NCBI GenBank assembly: GCA_030390025.1
Contig: CM059432.1
Span: 90,212,001 to 90,276,000 of the forward strand
Direction: 5' to 3'
Length of the DNA: 64,000 nucleotides
From: Squalus acanthias
Lineage: Eukaryota
In this document: positions 30,001 to 44,100 of the stretch, in pieces
How the letters are laid out: each line of letters starts with the position of its first letter
Position numbering within the stretch: position 1 is the stretch's first letter
The notes under the pieces: model-generated
Seen by the model: the letters and a program-made list of their open reading frames with translations, nothing else
The model's database searches: none
Told to the model about the DNA's origin: nothing
Program-made: the position numbers and the translations under genes

Positions 30001-33000
30001 AGCCCTCACACTACTGATTTCAGAGAATGCACAGTGCTCACACTACTGATATCAGAGAATGCACCGTGCTCACACTACTGATTGCAGAGAATGATCAGCA
30101 TTCACACTACTGATTTCAGAGAATGCACAGCGCTCACACTACTGATTTCAGTGATTGCACAGTTCTCACACGACTGATTTCAGAGACTGCACAGTGCTCA
30201 CACTACTGATTTCAGGGAATCCACAGCATTCACTACTGATTTCAGAGAATACACAGCGCTCATACTACTGATTTCAGAGAATGCACAGCACACACTACTG
30301 ATTTCAGACAACGCACAGCCCTCACACTACTCATTTCAGAGAATGGACAGCGCTCACACTAATGATTTCAGACAATGCACAGCAATCACACTACTAATTT
30401 CAGGGAATCCAAAGCATTCACATTACTGATTTCAGACAATGCACAGCGCTCAGGCGAATGATATCAAAGAATGCACAGCACTCACACTATTAATTTTAGT
30501 GAATTCACAGCGCTCACAATACTGATTACAGAAAATGTTCAGCGCTCACACTACTGATTTCAGAGAATGCTCAGCATTCACACTACTGTTTTCAGGGAAT
30601 GCACAGCGCTCACACTATTGATTTCAGAGAATGCACCGTGCTCACACTACTGATTGCAGAGAATGATCAGCATTCACACTACTGATTTCAGAGAATGCAC
30701 AGCGCTCACACTACTGATTTCAGTGATTGCACAGTTCTCACACGACTGATTTCAGAGACTGCACAGTGCTCACACTACTGATTTCAGGGAATCCACAGCA
30801 TTCACTACTGATTTCAGAGAATACACAGCGCTCATACTACTGATTTCAGAGAATGCACAGCACACACTACTGATTTCAGACAACGCACAGCCCTCACACT
30901 ACTCATTTCAGAGAATGGACAGCGCTCACACTAATGATTTCAGACAATGCACAGCAATCACACTACTAATTTCAGGGAATCCAAAGCATTCACATTACTG
31001 ATTTCAGACAATGCACAGCGCTCAGGCGAATGATATCAAAGAATGCACAGCACTCACACTATTAATTTTAGTGAATTCACAGCGCTCACAATACTGATTA
31101 CAGAAAATGTTCAGCGCTCACACTACTGATTTCAGAGAATACACAGTGCTCACATGATTGATTTCAGACAATGCACATTGCTCACACTACTGAAATCACT
31201 GAATGCACAGCATTCACACTACTGATTTTAGGGAATGCACAGCACTCACACTACTGATTTTATAGAATGCACAGCGCTCACACTACTGATTTGCGAGAAT
31301 GCACAGCGCTCACACTACTGATTTCACTGAATGCACAGTGCTCACACTGCTGATTTCAGACAACGCACAGCCCTCACACTACTGATTTCAGAGAATGCAC
31401 AGTGCTCACACTACTGATATCAGAGAATGCACAGCACACATTATTGATTTCAGACAATGCACAGCGCACACACTACTGATTACAGACAATGCACAGTGCT
31501 CACACTATTCATTTCAGAGACTGCTCAGCGCTCACACTACTGATTTCAGAGCATGCACAGTGCTCACTACTGAAATCACACAATGCACAGCATTCACACT
31601 ACTGATTTCAGAGAATGCTCAGCATTCACACTACTGTTTTCAGGGAATGCACAGTGCTCACACTATTGATTTCAGAGAATGCACCGCGCTCACACTACTG
31701 ATTTCAGAGAATGATCAGCATTCACACTACTGTTTTCAGAGAATGCTCAGCATTCACACTACTGTTTTCAGACAATGCACAGCATTCACACTGCTGATTA
31801 CAGAGAATGCACAGTGCTCACACTACTGATTTCAGAGAATACAGAACGCTCACTCTACTGATTTCAGACAAAGCACAGTGCTCACACTACTGATTTCACA
31901 GAATGCACAGCGCTCATACTACTGATTTCAGAGAATGCAGAGCGCTCACACTACTGCTTTCAGAGAATGCACAGCGCTAACACTACTGATTTCAGAGAAT
32001 GCAGAGCGCTCACACTAATGATTTCAGACAATGCACAGTGATCACACAACTGATTTCACAGAATGCACAGCACCCATACTGCTGATTTCAGACTATGCGC
32101 AGCGCTTACACTAATGATTTCAGACCATGCGCAGCACTCACACCACTGATTTCAGACAATGCACAGCGCACACACTAATCATTTCAGAAAAAGCACAGCT
32201 TTCACACTACTGATTTTAGACAAAGTACAATGCTCACACTACTGATTTCAGAGACTGCACAGTGCTCACACTACTGATTTCAGGGAATCCATAGCATTCA
32301 CTACTGATTTCAGAGAATACACATCGCTCACACTGCTGATTTCAGAGAATGCACAGCGCTCACACTACTGATATCAGAGAATGCACAATGCTCACACTAC
32401 TGATTTCAGGGAATGCACAGCACACACTATTGATTTCAGACAATGCACAGCGCACACACTACTGATTTCAGACAATGAACAGTGCTCACACTATTCATTT
32501 CAGAGACTGCTCAGCGCACACACTACTGATTTCAGAGCATGCACAGTGCTCACTACTGAAATCACACAATGCACAGCATCAACACTTCTGATTTCAGAGA
32601 ATGCTGAGCATTCACACTACTGTTTTCAGGGAATGCACAGCGCTCACACTATTGATTTCAGAGAATGCACGGTGCTCACACTACTGATTTCAGAGAATGA
32701 TCAGCATTCACACTACTGATTTCAGAGAATGCACAGCGCTCACACTACTGATTTCAGTGATTGCACAGTTCTCACACGACTGATTTCAGAGACTGCACAG
32801 CGCTCACACTACTGATTTCAGGGAATGCACAGCACACACTACTGGTTTCAGACAACGCACAGCCCTCACACTACTCATTTCAGAGAATGCACAGCGCTCA
32901 CACTAATGATTTCAGACAATGCACAGCGCTCAGGCGAATGATATCAAAGAATGCACAGCGCTCACACTACTAATTTTAGTGAATTCACAGCGCTCACAAT

Positions 33001-36000
33001 ACTGATAACAGAAAATGTTCAGCGCTCACACTACTGATTTCAGAGAATACACAGTGCTCACACGATTGATTTCAGACAATGCACATTGCTCACACTACTG
33101 AAATCACTGAATGCACAGCATTCACACTACTGATTTTAGGGAATGCACAGCACTCACACTACTGATTTTATAGAATGCACAGCGCTCACACTACTGATTT
33201 CCGAGAATGCACAGCAGACACTACTGATTTCAGAGAATGCACAACGCTCACACTACTGATTTCAGGAATGCACAGCACACACTACTAATTTCAGGGAATG
33301 CACAGTGCCCACTCTACTGATTTCAGAGAATGCACAACGCTCACACTACTGATTTCAGGGAATGCACAACGCTCACACTACTGATTTCAGGGAATCCATA
33401 GCATTCACTACTGATTTCAGAGAATACACATCGCTCACACTGCTGATTCAGAGAATGCACAACGCTCACACTACTGATTTCAGAGAATGCACAACGCTCA
33501 CACTACTGATTTCAGGGAATGCACAGATACACACTATTGATTTCAGACAATGCACAGCGCACACACTACTCATTTCAGTGAATGCACAGTGCTCACACTA
33601 CTGATTTCAGACAATGAACAGTGTTCACACTATTCATTTCAGAGACTGCTCAGCACACACACTACTGATTTCAGAGCATGCACAGTGCTCACTACTGAAA
33701 TCACACAATGCACAGCATTCACACTTCTGATTTCAGAGAATGCTCAGCATTCACACTACTGTTTTCAGACAACGCACAGCCCTCACACTACTGATTTCAG
33801 AGAATGCACAGTGCTCACACTACTGAAATCATAGAATGCACAGCAGACACTACTGATTTCAGAGAATGCACAACGCTCACACTACTGATTTCAGGAATGC
33901 ACAGCACACACACTACTGATTTCAGGGAATCTACAGCATTCACACTACTGATTAGAGAGAATGCACAGCGCTCACACTAATGATTTCAGACAATGCACAG
34001 CACACACTACTGATATCAGAGACTGCACAGCACCCACACTGCTGATTTCAGGGAATCCAAAGCATTCACCCTACTGATTTCAGACAATGCACAGCGCTCA
34101 CACTAATGATTTCAGGCAATGCACAGCGCTCACAATACTGATGTCAGAAAATGTTCGTCGCTCACACTACTGATTTCAGAGAATACACAGCACTCATACT
34201 ACTGTTTTCAGAGAATGCACAGCACCCACTCTACTGATTTCAGACAATGCACAATGCTCACACTACTGATTTCAGAGAATTCACAGTGATCACACTACTG
34301 ATTTCAGAGAATGCACAGCGCTCACACTACTGATTTCAGACAATGCACAGCACTCACACAACTGATTTCAGAGAATTCACAGTGATCACACTACAGATTT
34401 CAGAGAATGCACAGCACACACTACTGATTTCAGGGTATCCACACTGCTCAGACTACTCATTTCAGAGAATTCACAGCGCTCACACAACTGATTTCAGAGA
34501 ATGCACCGCGCTCACACAACTGATTTCAGACCATGCGCAGCACTCACACCACTGATTTCAGACAATGCACAGCGCACACACTAATCATTTCAGACAATGC
34601 ACATAGCTCACACTACTGATTTCAAAGTCTACTCAGCGCTCACACTAATGATTTCAGAGCATGCACAGTGCTCACTACTGAAATCAGACAATGCACAGCT
34701 TTCACACTACTGATTTCAGAGAATGCTCAGCATTCACACTACTGTTTTCAGACAATGCACAGCGCACTCCGTACTGATTTCAGGGAATGCACAGATCTCA
34801 CACAACTGATTTCAGAGAATGCACAGTGCTCAAAAACTGATTTCAGAGAATGCACAGAGCTCACACTACCGATTTTAGACAAAGTACAATGCTCACAACA
34901 CTGATTTCAGAGACTGCACAGTGCTCACACTACTGATTTCAGGGAATCCATAGCATTCACTACTGATTTCAGAGAATACACATCGCTCACACTGCTGATT
35001 CAGAGAATGGACAACGCTCACACTACTGATTTCAGGGAATGCACAACGCTCACACTACTGATTTCAGGGAATCCATAGCATTCACTACTGATTTCAGAGA
35101 ATACACATCGCTCACACTGCTGATTCAGAGAATGCACAACGCTCACACTACTGATTTCAGAGAATGCACAACGCTCACACTACTGATTTCAGGGAATGCA
35201 CAGATACACACTATTGATTTCAGACAATGCACAGCGCACACACTACTCATTTCAGTGAATGCACAGTGCTCACACTACTGATTTCAGACAATGAACAGTG
35301 TTCACACTATTCATTTCAGAGACTGCTCAGCACACACACTACTGATTTCAGAGCATGCACAGTGCTCACTACTGAAATCACACAATGCACAGCATTCACA
35401 CTTCTGATTTCAGAGAATGCTCAGCATTCACACTACTGTTTTCAGACAACGCACAGCCCTCACACTACTGATTTCAGAGAATGCACAGTGCTCACACTAC
35501 TGAAATCATAGAATGCACAGCAGACACTACTGATTTCAGAGAATGCACAACGCTCACACTACTGATTTCAGACCATGCGCAGCACTCACACCACTGATTT
35601 CAGACAATGCACAGCGCACACACTAATCATTTCAGACAATGCACATAGCTCACACTACTGATTTCAAAGTCTGCTCAGCGCTCACACTAATGATTTCAGA
35701 GCATGCACAGTGCTCACTACTGAAATCAGAAAAATGCACAGCTTTCACACTACTGATTTCAGAGAATGCTCAGCATTCACACTACTGGTTTCAGACAACG
35801 CACAGCCCTCACACTACTCATTTCAGAGAATGCACAGCGCTCACACTAATGATTTCAGACAATGCATAGCGCTCAGGCGAATGATATCAAAGAATGCACA
35901 GCGCTCACACTACTAATTTTAGTGAATTCACAGCGCTCACAATACTGATAACAGAAAATGTTCAGCGCTCACACTACTGATTTCAGAGAATACACAGTGC

Positions 36001-39000
36001 TCACACGATTGATTTCAGACAATGCACATTGCTCACACTACTGAAATCACTGAATGCACAGCATTCACACTACTGATTTTAGGGAATGCACAGCACTCAC
36101 ACTACTGATTTTATAGAATGCACAGCGCTCACACTACTGATTTCCGAGAATGCACAGCAGACACTACTGATTTCAGAGAATGCACAACGCTCACACTACT
36201 GATTTCAGGAATGCACAGCACACACTACTAATTTCAGGGAATGCACAGTGCCCACTCTACTGATTTCAGAGAATGCACAACGCTCACACTACTGATTTCA
36301 GACAATGCACAGCCCTGACACTACTGATTTCAGAGAATGCACAGCGCTCACACTAATGTTTTCAGACAATGCACAGCAATCACACTACTGATTTCAGGGA
36401 GTCCACAGCATTCACACTGCTGATTTCAGAAAATGCTCAGCACTCACACTAATGATTTCAAACAATGCACAGCACACACTACTGATATCAGAGAATGCAC
36501 AGCACCCACACTGCTGATTTCAGGCAATCCAAAGCATTCACCCTACTGATTTCAGACAATGCACAGCGCTCACACTAATGATTTCAGACAATGCACAGCG
36601 CTCACAATACTGATTTCAGAAAATGTTCGTTGCTCACACTACTGATTTCAGAGAATACACAGCACTCACACTACTGATTTCAGAGAATGCACAGTGCTCA
36701 CACTACTGATTTCAGACAATGCACAGTGCTCACACAACTGATTTCAGAGAATTCACAGTGCTCACACTACTGATTTCAGACAATGCACATGCTCACACAA
36801 CTGATTTCAGAGAATTCACAGTGATCACACTACTCATTTCAGAGAATTCACAGTGCTCACACTACTGATTTCAGAGAATGCACAGCACACACTACTGATT
36901 TCAGGGTATCCACACCGCTGACACTACTGATTTCAGAGAATTCACAGCGCTCACACAACTGATTTCAGAGAATGCACAGCATGCACTACTAATTTCAGAC
37001 CATGCGCAGCGCTCTCACTACTAATTTCAGACCATGCGCAGCGCTCTCACTACTGATTTCAGACCATGCACAGTGCTCACTACTGAAATCAGACAATTCA
37101 CAGCTTTCACACTACTGTTTTCAGACAATACACAGCGCTCACGGTACTGATTTCAGGGAATGCACAGATCTCACACAACTGATTTCAGAGAATGCACAGT
37201 GCTCAAAATACTGATTTCAGAGAATGCACCGAGCTCACACTACTGATTTCAGACAAAGTACAGTGCTCACACTACTGATTTCAGGGAATCCATAGCATTA
37301 ACTACTGATTTCAGAGAATACACATCGCTCACACTGCTGATTTCAGAGAATGCACAGCACTCACACTATTGATATCAGAGAATACTCATCGCTCACACTA
37401 CTGATATCAGAGAATGCACAGCACACATTATTGATTTCAGACAATGCACAGCGCACACACTACTCATTTCAGACAATGCACAGCACCCACACTACTGATT
37501 TCAGACAATGCACAGTGCTCACACTACTCATTTCAGAGACTGCTCAGCGCTCACACTACTGATATCAGAGCATGCACAGTGCTCACTGCTGAAATCACAC
37601 AATGCACAGCATTCACACTACTGATTTCAGAGAATGATCAGCATTCACACTACTGTTTTCAGAGAATGCTCAGCATTCACACTACTGTTTTCAGACAATG
37701 CACAGTGTTCACACTACTGATTTAAGAGAATGCACAGCGCTCACACTACTGATTTCAGAGATTGCACAGTTCTCACACGACTGATTTCAGAGAATACAGA
37801 GCGCTCACTCTACTGATTTCAGACAAAGCACAGTGCTCACACTACTGATTTCAGAGAATGCACAGCGCTCACATTACTGATTTCAGAGATTGCACGGTGC
37901 TCACACTACTGATTTAAGAGAATGCACTGTGCTCACACAACTGATTTCAGACAAAGCACAGTGCTCACACTACTGATTTCAGAGAATGCACAGCGCTCAC
38001 ATTACTGATTTAAGAGAATGCTCAGTGCTCACACTAATGATTTCAGAGCATGCTCAGTGCTCACTGCTGAAATCAGACAATGCACAGCGTTCACACTACT
38101 GATTTCAGAGAATTCACAGTGATCACACAACTGATTTCAGAGAATGCACAGCACCCACACTGCTGATTTCATACCAAGCGCAGCACACACACCACTGATT
38201 TAAGACAATGCACAGCGCACGCACTAATCATTTCAGAGCATGCACAGTGCTCACTACTGAAATCAGACAATGCACAGCTTTCACACTACTGATTTCAGAG
38301 AATGCTCAGCATTCACACAACTGTTTTCAGACAATGCACAGCGCTCGCCGTACTGATTTCAGAGAATGCACAGTGCTCAAAATACTGATTTCAGAGAATG
38401 CACAGAGCTCACACTACTGATTTCAGACAAAGTACAGTGCTCACACTACTGATTTCAGAGACTGCACAGTGCTCAAACTACTGATTTCAGGGAATCCATA
38501 GCATTCACTACTGATTTCAGAGAATACACATCGCTCACACTGCTGATTTCAGAGAATGCACAGCGCTCACACTACTGATATCCGAGAATGCACAGCACAC
38601 ACTATTGATTTCAGGCAATGCACAGCGCTCACCGTACTGATTTCAGAGAATGCACAGTGCTCAAAATACTGATTTCAGAGAATGCACAGAGCTCACACTA
38701 CTGATTTCAGACAAAGTACAGTGCTCACACTACTGATTTCAGAGACTGCACAGTGCTCAAACTACTGATTTCAGGGAATCCATAGCATTCACTACTGATT
38801 TCAGAGAATGCACAGCGCACACACTACTCATTTCAGAGAATGCACAGCGCTCATACTACTGATTTCAGACAATGAACAGTGCTCACACTACTCATTTCAG
38901 AGACTGCTCAGCGCTAACACTACTGATTTCAGAGCATGCACAGTGCTCACTACTGAAATCACACAATGCACAGCGCTCACACTATTGATTTCAGAGAATG

Positions 39001-41176
39001 CACCTCGCTCACACTACTTATTTCAGAGAATGATCAGCATTCACACTACTGTTTTCAGACAATGCACAGCGTTCACACTACTGATTTTAGAGAATGCACA
39101 GCACTCACACTACTGATTTCAGAGATTGCACAGTTCTCACACGACTGAATTCAGAGAATGCAGAGCGCTCACACTACTGATTTCAGACAAAGCACAGTGC
39201 TCACATTACTGATTTCAGAGACTGCACAGCGCTCACACTACTGATTTCAGGGCATCCACAGCATTCACTACTGATTTCACAGAATGCACAGCGCTCATGC
39301 TACTGATTTCAGAGAATGCAGAGCGCTCACACTGCTGCTTTCAGAGAATGCACAGTGCTCACACTATTGATTTCAGAGAATGCACAGTGCTCACACTACT
39401 GATTTCAGAGAATGCACAGTAACCACACTACAGATTTCAGGGAATCCAAAGCATTCACACCACTGATTTCAGACAATGCACAGTGCTCACACTAATGATT
39501 TCAGACAATGCACAGTACTCACACTAATGATTTCAGAGAATGCACAGCACGCACTACTGACTTCAGACAATGCACAGTGCACACTACTCATTTCAGATAA
39601 TGCACAGCGCTCACACTACTGATTTCAGACAATGCAACGCGCACACACACTACTCATTTCAGAGAATGCACAGCGCTCACACTACTGACTTCAGACAATG
39701 CACAGTGCACACTACTCATTTCATAGAATGCACAGCGTTCACACTACTGATTTCAGACAATGCACAATTCACACTACTCATTTCAGAGAATGCACAGCGC
39801 TCACACTACTGACTTCAGACAATGCACAGTGCACACTACTCATTTCAGAGACTGTTCAGCGCTCACACTACTGATTTCAGAGCATGCACCGTGCTCACTA
39901 CTGAAATCACACAATGCACAGCATTCAGACTGCTGATTTCAGAGAATGCTCAGCATTCACACTACTGTTTACAGAGAATGCACAGCGCTCACACTACTGA
40001 ATTCAGAGATTGCACAGATCTCACACTAATAATTTCAGAGAATGCACAGTGCTCACACTACTGATTTCAGAGAATGCTCAGCATTCACACTGCTGTTTTC
40101 AGACAATGCACAGTGCTCACTACTGATTTCAGAGAATGCACAACACTCACACTACTGATTTCAGAGAATGCACAGTGCTCACACTACTGATTTCAGACAA
40201 AGCACAGTGCTCACACTAATGATTTCAGAGAATGCAAAGCGCTCACACTACTGATTTCAGAGACTGCACAGCGCTCACACTACTGATTTCAGAGAATCCA
40301 CTACATTCACTATTGATTTCAGTGAATGCACAGCCCTCATACTACAGATTTCAAAGAATTCACAGCACTCACAGTACTGATTTCAGAGAATGCACAGTGC
40401 TCACACTACTGTATTCAGGGAATCCACAGCATTCACTACTGATTTCAAAGAATTCACAGTGCTCACACTACTTATTTCAGAGAATGCACTGCGCTCACAC
40501 TACTGATTTCAGAAAATGCACAGCAACAACACTACAGATTTCAGGGAATCCAAAGTATTCACACCACTGATTTCAGACAATGCACAGTTCTCACACTCAT
40601 GATTTCAGAGAATGCACAGTGCTCACACGACTGATTTCAGAGAATGCACAGTGCTCACACTACTGATTTCAGAGAATGCACAGCACACACTACTGATTTC
40701 AGACAATGCACAGCGCTCACAGTACTGTTTTCAGATAATGCGCAGCACTCACACTACTGATTTCAGACAATGCACAGCGCTCACACTACTGATTTCAGTG
40801 AATGCACAGTGCTCACACTACTGATTTCAGACAACGCACAGCCCTCACACTACTGATTTCAGTGAATGCACAGTGCTCACACTAATGATTTCAGAGAATG
40901 CACAGTGCTCACACTACTGATTTCAGACAACGCACAGCACTCACACTACTGATTTCAGATAACGCACAGCCCTCACACTACTGATTTCATAGAATGCACA
41001 GCAAACACTACTGATTTCAGAGAATGCACAGCGCTCACACTAATGAGTTCAGACAAGGCACAGTGCTCATACTACTCATTTCAGAGCATGCACAGCACCC
41101 ACACTACTGATTTCAGTGAATGCTCAGCATTCATTCTCTCATTTCACAGAATGCACAGCGCTCACACTACTGATTT
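1..41176 (+). repeat. Tandem satellite array, 32-bp monomer (CTGATTTCAGAGAATGCACAGCGCTCACACTA) with frequent 30-bp variants and kb-scale higher-order repeats; runs off the window's left edge
   Basis: Head-to-tail recurrence of CTGATTTCAG/AGAATGCACAG/CTCACACTA throughout, with no spacers and no strand switch. Identical spurious ORFs recur at fixed offsets (3120/7211, 14193/20080, 26287/32381). Confidence 0.98.
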
Positions 41177-44100
41177 AGAGACATGTGGACAAATGGAATG
41201 TACAGTTCAGCACAATGGCCAGTCAGTAAAGCTGCCTATTATTGTAGTGAGCTACCACAACAGGCCAACCCTCACGGGCAAAGACTGGTTGAGAAAGTTA
41301 AAACTAGACTGGAAAAACATCTTCAGTGTAGATGCTTCAAAGAAGCAACTTGACCCAATGCTGAACAAGTATAAATGCATGTTCTCAGACAGTTATGAGG
41401 GCATCACTGGGTATGAGGCGCATATCTGCATCAAGTCCAACTCGAAGCCTGTCTATTGTAAGGCAAGGCTGGTCTCCTATGCATTGAAAAGTCAGGTGAA
41501 GGAAGAGCTGGAGAAACTGACAGTTTGTCAAAACTGACAAAAGTGAATGGGCTACCCCGATTGTGGTAGTGCCCAAAGCAGACAAAACTGTACGCTTGTG
41601 CGGTGACTATAAAGTTACTAACAACCAAGCAGTTGACGATGAGCAGTACCCATTACCTACATCGCACGATTTGTATGCTAACACGCAGCTGAATGTTGAC
41701 AAAGAGAATCAACAGTATCTCACTATCAACACACACAAGGAACTATACTCATACACCAAACTGCCGTATGGTGTAAAGTCCTCCCCCAAAATCTTCCAGG
41801 CTATGATGGATAAGATTTTGCAAGGAATTCCAAATTGCTTATGCAATCAAGATGATGTGCTGATCGCAACAAGCAGCGAGGAAGAAAATCTCGAAGTGTT
41901 AGAGTTAGTGCTTCAAAGGTTGAATTCCCACAATGTCAAATTGAAAAGGAGCAAATGTACTTTTGTGCAGCCCAAGGTTGTGTACTTTGGTCTGAAAGTT
42001 GATGCAAATGGCTGGCAACCAGTTAAGGAAAAGGTTGATGCTGTCATCAATGCTCCAAAGCCACAGAACGTGTCTGAGTTAAGGCCTTTCCTTGGAATGG
42101 TCCAGTACTACGCACGTTTCTTACCTAAGTTAGCGACCATGTTAGCTCCATTGCATGAGCTCCTCAAAAAGGATGTCCAGTGGAAGTGGACAAAAGTGCA
42201 ACAGGAAGCTTACGATGCTTGTAAGAGAAGTCTCTCTAGTGATGCTCTACTTGTGCACTACTACACAGAGCGTGAGCTTGAGTTAAGTGTATGATGCTTC
42301 TCGCTATGTTGTGGGAGCTGTCATAAGCCATGTAATGACTGACGGCCAAGAGAAACCAATCACGTTCGCATTGCGAACCCTCACAAAGAGCAAAAGAAAC
42401 TGCACATAAATTGAAAAGGAAGCACTCGCCGTAATGTTTGGAATCAAGAAATCCAACAGTTCCTGATCAGCAGAAAGTTTACGCTGATAACCGATCACAA
42501 ACCGCTCCTAGCAATATTGGGGCCCAAATCTGCCATCCCTGTAATGGCCGCATCAAGAATACAACATTGGACAGTGTTGTTGTCACAATATGACTACACG
42601 ATTGAATATCGCACTTCAAAGCAAAACGCAATCGCAGATGCCTTGTCCAGGTTGTCACATGAAGACTCATGTGTTGGGAGTGAAGGTAAGATTTTCACGC
42701 TAGGTGCAGTTGACAAAGACTTTCCCGTGAATGCAACTGAGATTGCAAATGAGACTCAAAAGGACTCAGTACTGAAAAGAGTGTATGAAAACACCTTGAA
42801 TGGATGGACTGATCAGTGTCTGGACACAGAGTTGAAACCATTCCATAACCGTCGGACTGAATTGTCTTGTGAACAAGGTTGTATCAAGTGGGGAAACAAA
42901 GTGGTGGTACCTACTTCTTTGAGAGATAGAATTCTGGCCAAACTTCATACTGAACATCCAGGGATCATCAATATGAAATCAATTGCAAGAAACTTTGTTT
43001 ACTGGCCTGGATTGTACAGTGATCTTGAATCACTTGTCAGCAAATGCAGCGTTTGCCAAAATTGCAGAAACAAACCACCTAAAACTCCACTACAACCCTG
43101 GTCAGGGCCAAGTAGACCTTTTCAGAGAGTACATGTAGACTTCTGTGAGAAAGCAAATGATTATTTCCTGGTTCTTGTAAATAGTCACGCAAAGTGGATT
43201 GAAGAGAAACACATGGGATCAAATACTACAACTGAATGTACCATAGATGAGTTGAGGTCTATCTTTGCCTGTCATGGCTTACCTGAAGAGCTTGTTTCTG
43301 ACAATGGCACTCAGTTCTGTTCTGCTCTATTCCAAGAGTTCATGAAATGGAACGGGTATCAACTCTCGTTCCACCATATCATCCAGCTTCAAACGGAGCA
43401 GCCGAAAGGTCAATCAGAATAGTGAAAGAAGCTCTGTAAAAGCAATCAAATGAACTACAAATCCAGTTTAATAACAGGTTTGCGGAGCAAAAAACAAAGG
43501 TCATCGACCTGAAACGTTAACTCTCTCTCTCCACGGATGCTGCCTGGCCTGCTGAGTTTTTCCAGCATTTTCTGTTGTTATTTCTGTAAAAGCAAGGTTG
43601 TTCGGGACTCAGCATGAAGCAACGTTTGGCAAATTTCTTGCTGAAGTACAGAACTACTCCGCACACTACAACTGGATATACCCCAGCAGAAGTCTTGATG
43701 AAGAGGAGATTGAGAACATGATTGAGTCTTCTTCAACCAAATTTGGCCTCAAGAGTTGAACAGATACAGTTGAGTCAGAAACGTTATTATGACAACAATC
43801 AGAAAGAACGCAGTTTCAGACAAAATGAGTGTGTTCATGTTCTCAGTCCCCCCGGCAAGTCGAGTTCACACAAGTGGGATATAGGAACCAGGGCAGAGGT
43901 TGGTGGAACCAAAAGATATTTGGTTGAAATTGGTGACAAAATCTGAAGTGTTCATGCAGATCAAATGATCTCTGCTAGAGATGAACCAAGATGTGATCTT
44001 GAACCACTTGATCATGAACACATACATGAGTTTGACTCCGTTCAGACTTCAGAAACTGAAGTACCAGGTTCAAACAAATCTGAGATAGAAACAGGATTAA

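Noticed and set aside
576..41176. About 80 short ORFs (HTTDFRECTALTLLISENAQ-type peptides)
   Set aside because: These are the three frames of the 32-bp monomer read in rotation. They start and stop wherever a variant removes or restores the TGA, and show no domain or gene structure.
1..41176. CRISPR-like array (32-bp, partly palindromic repeat)
   Set aside because: Units are contiguous with no unique spacers, there are no cas genes, and the context is vertebrate.
41043..41537. Satellite-protease fusion ORF as a novel chimeric protein
   Set aside because: The in-frame join is most simply chance. The protease lacks its catalytic half and the frame breaks at 41537.
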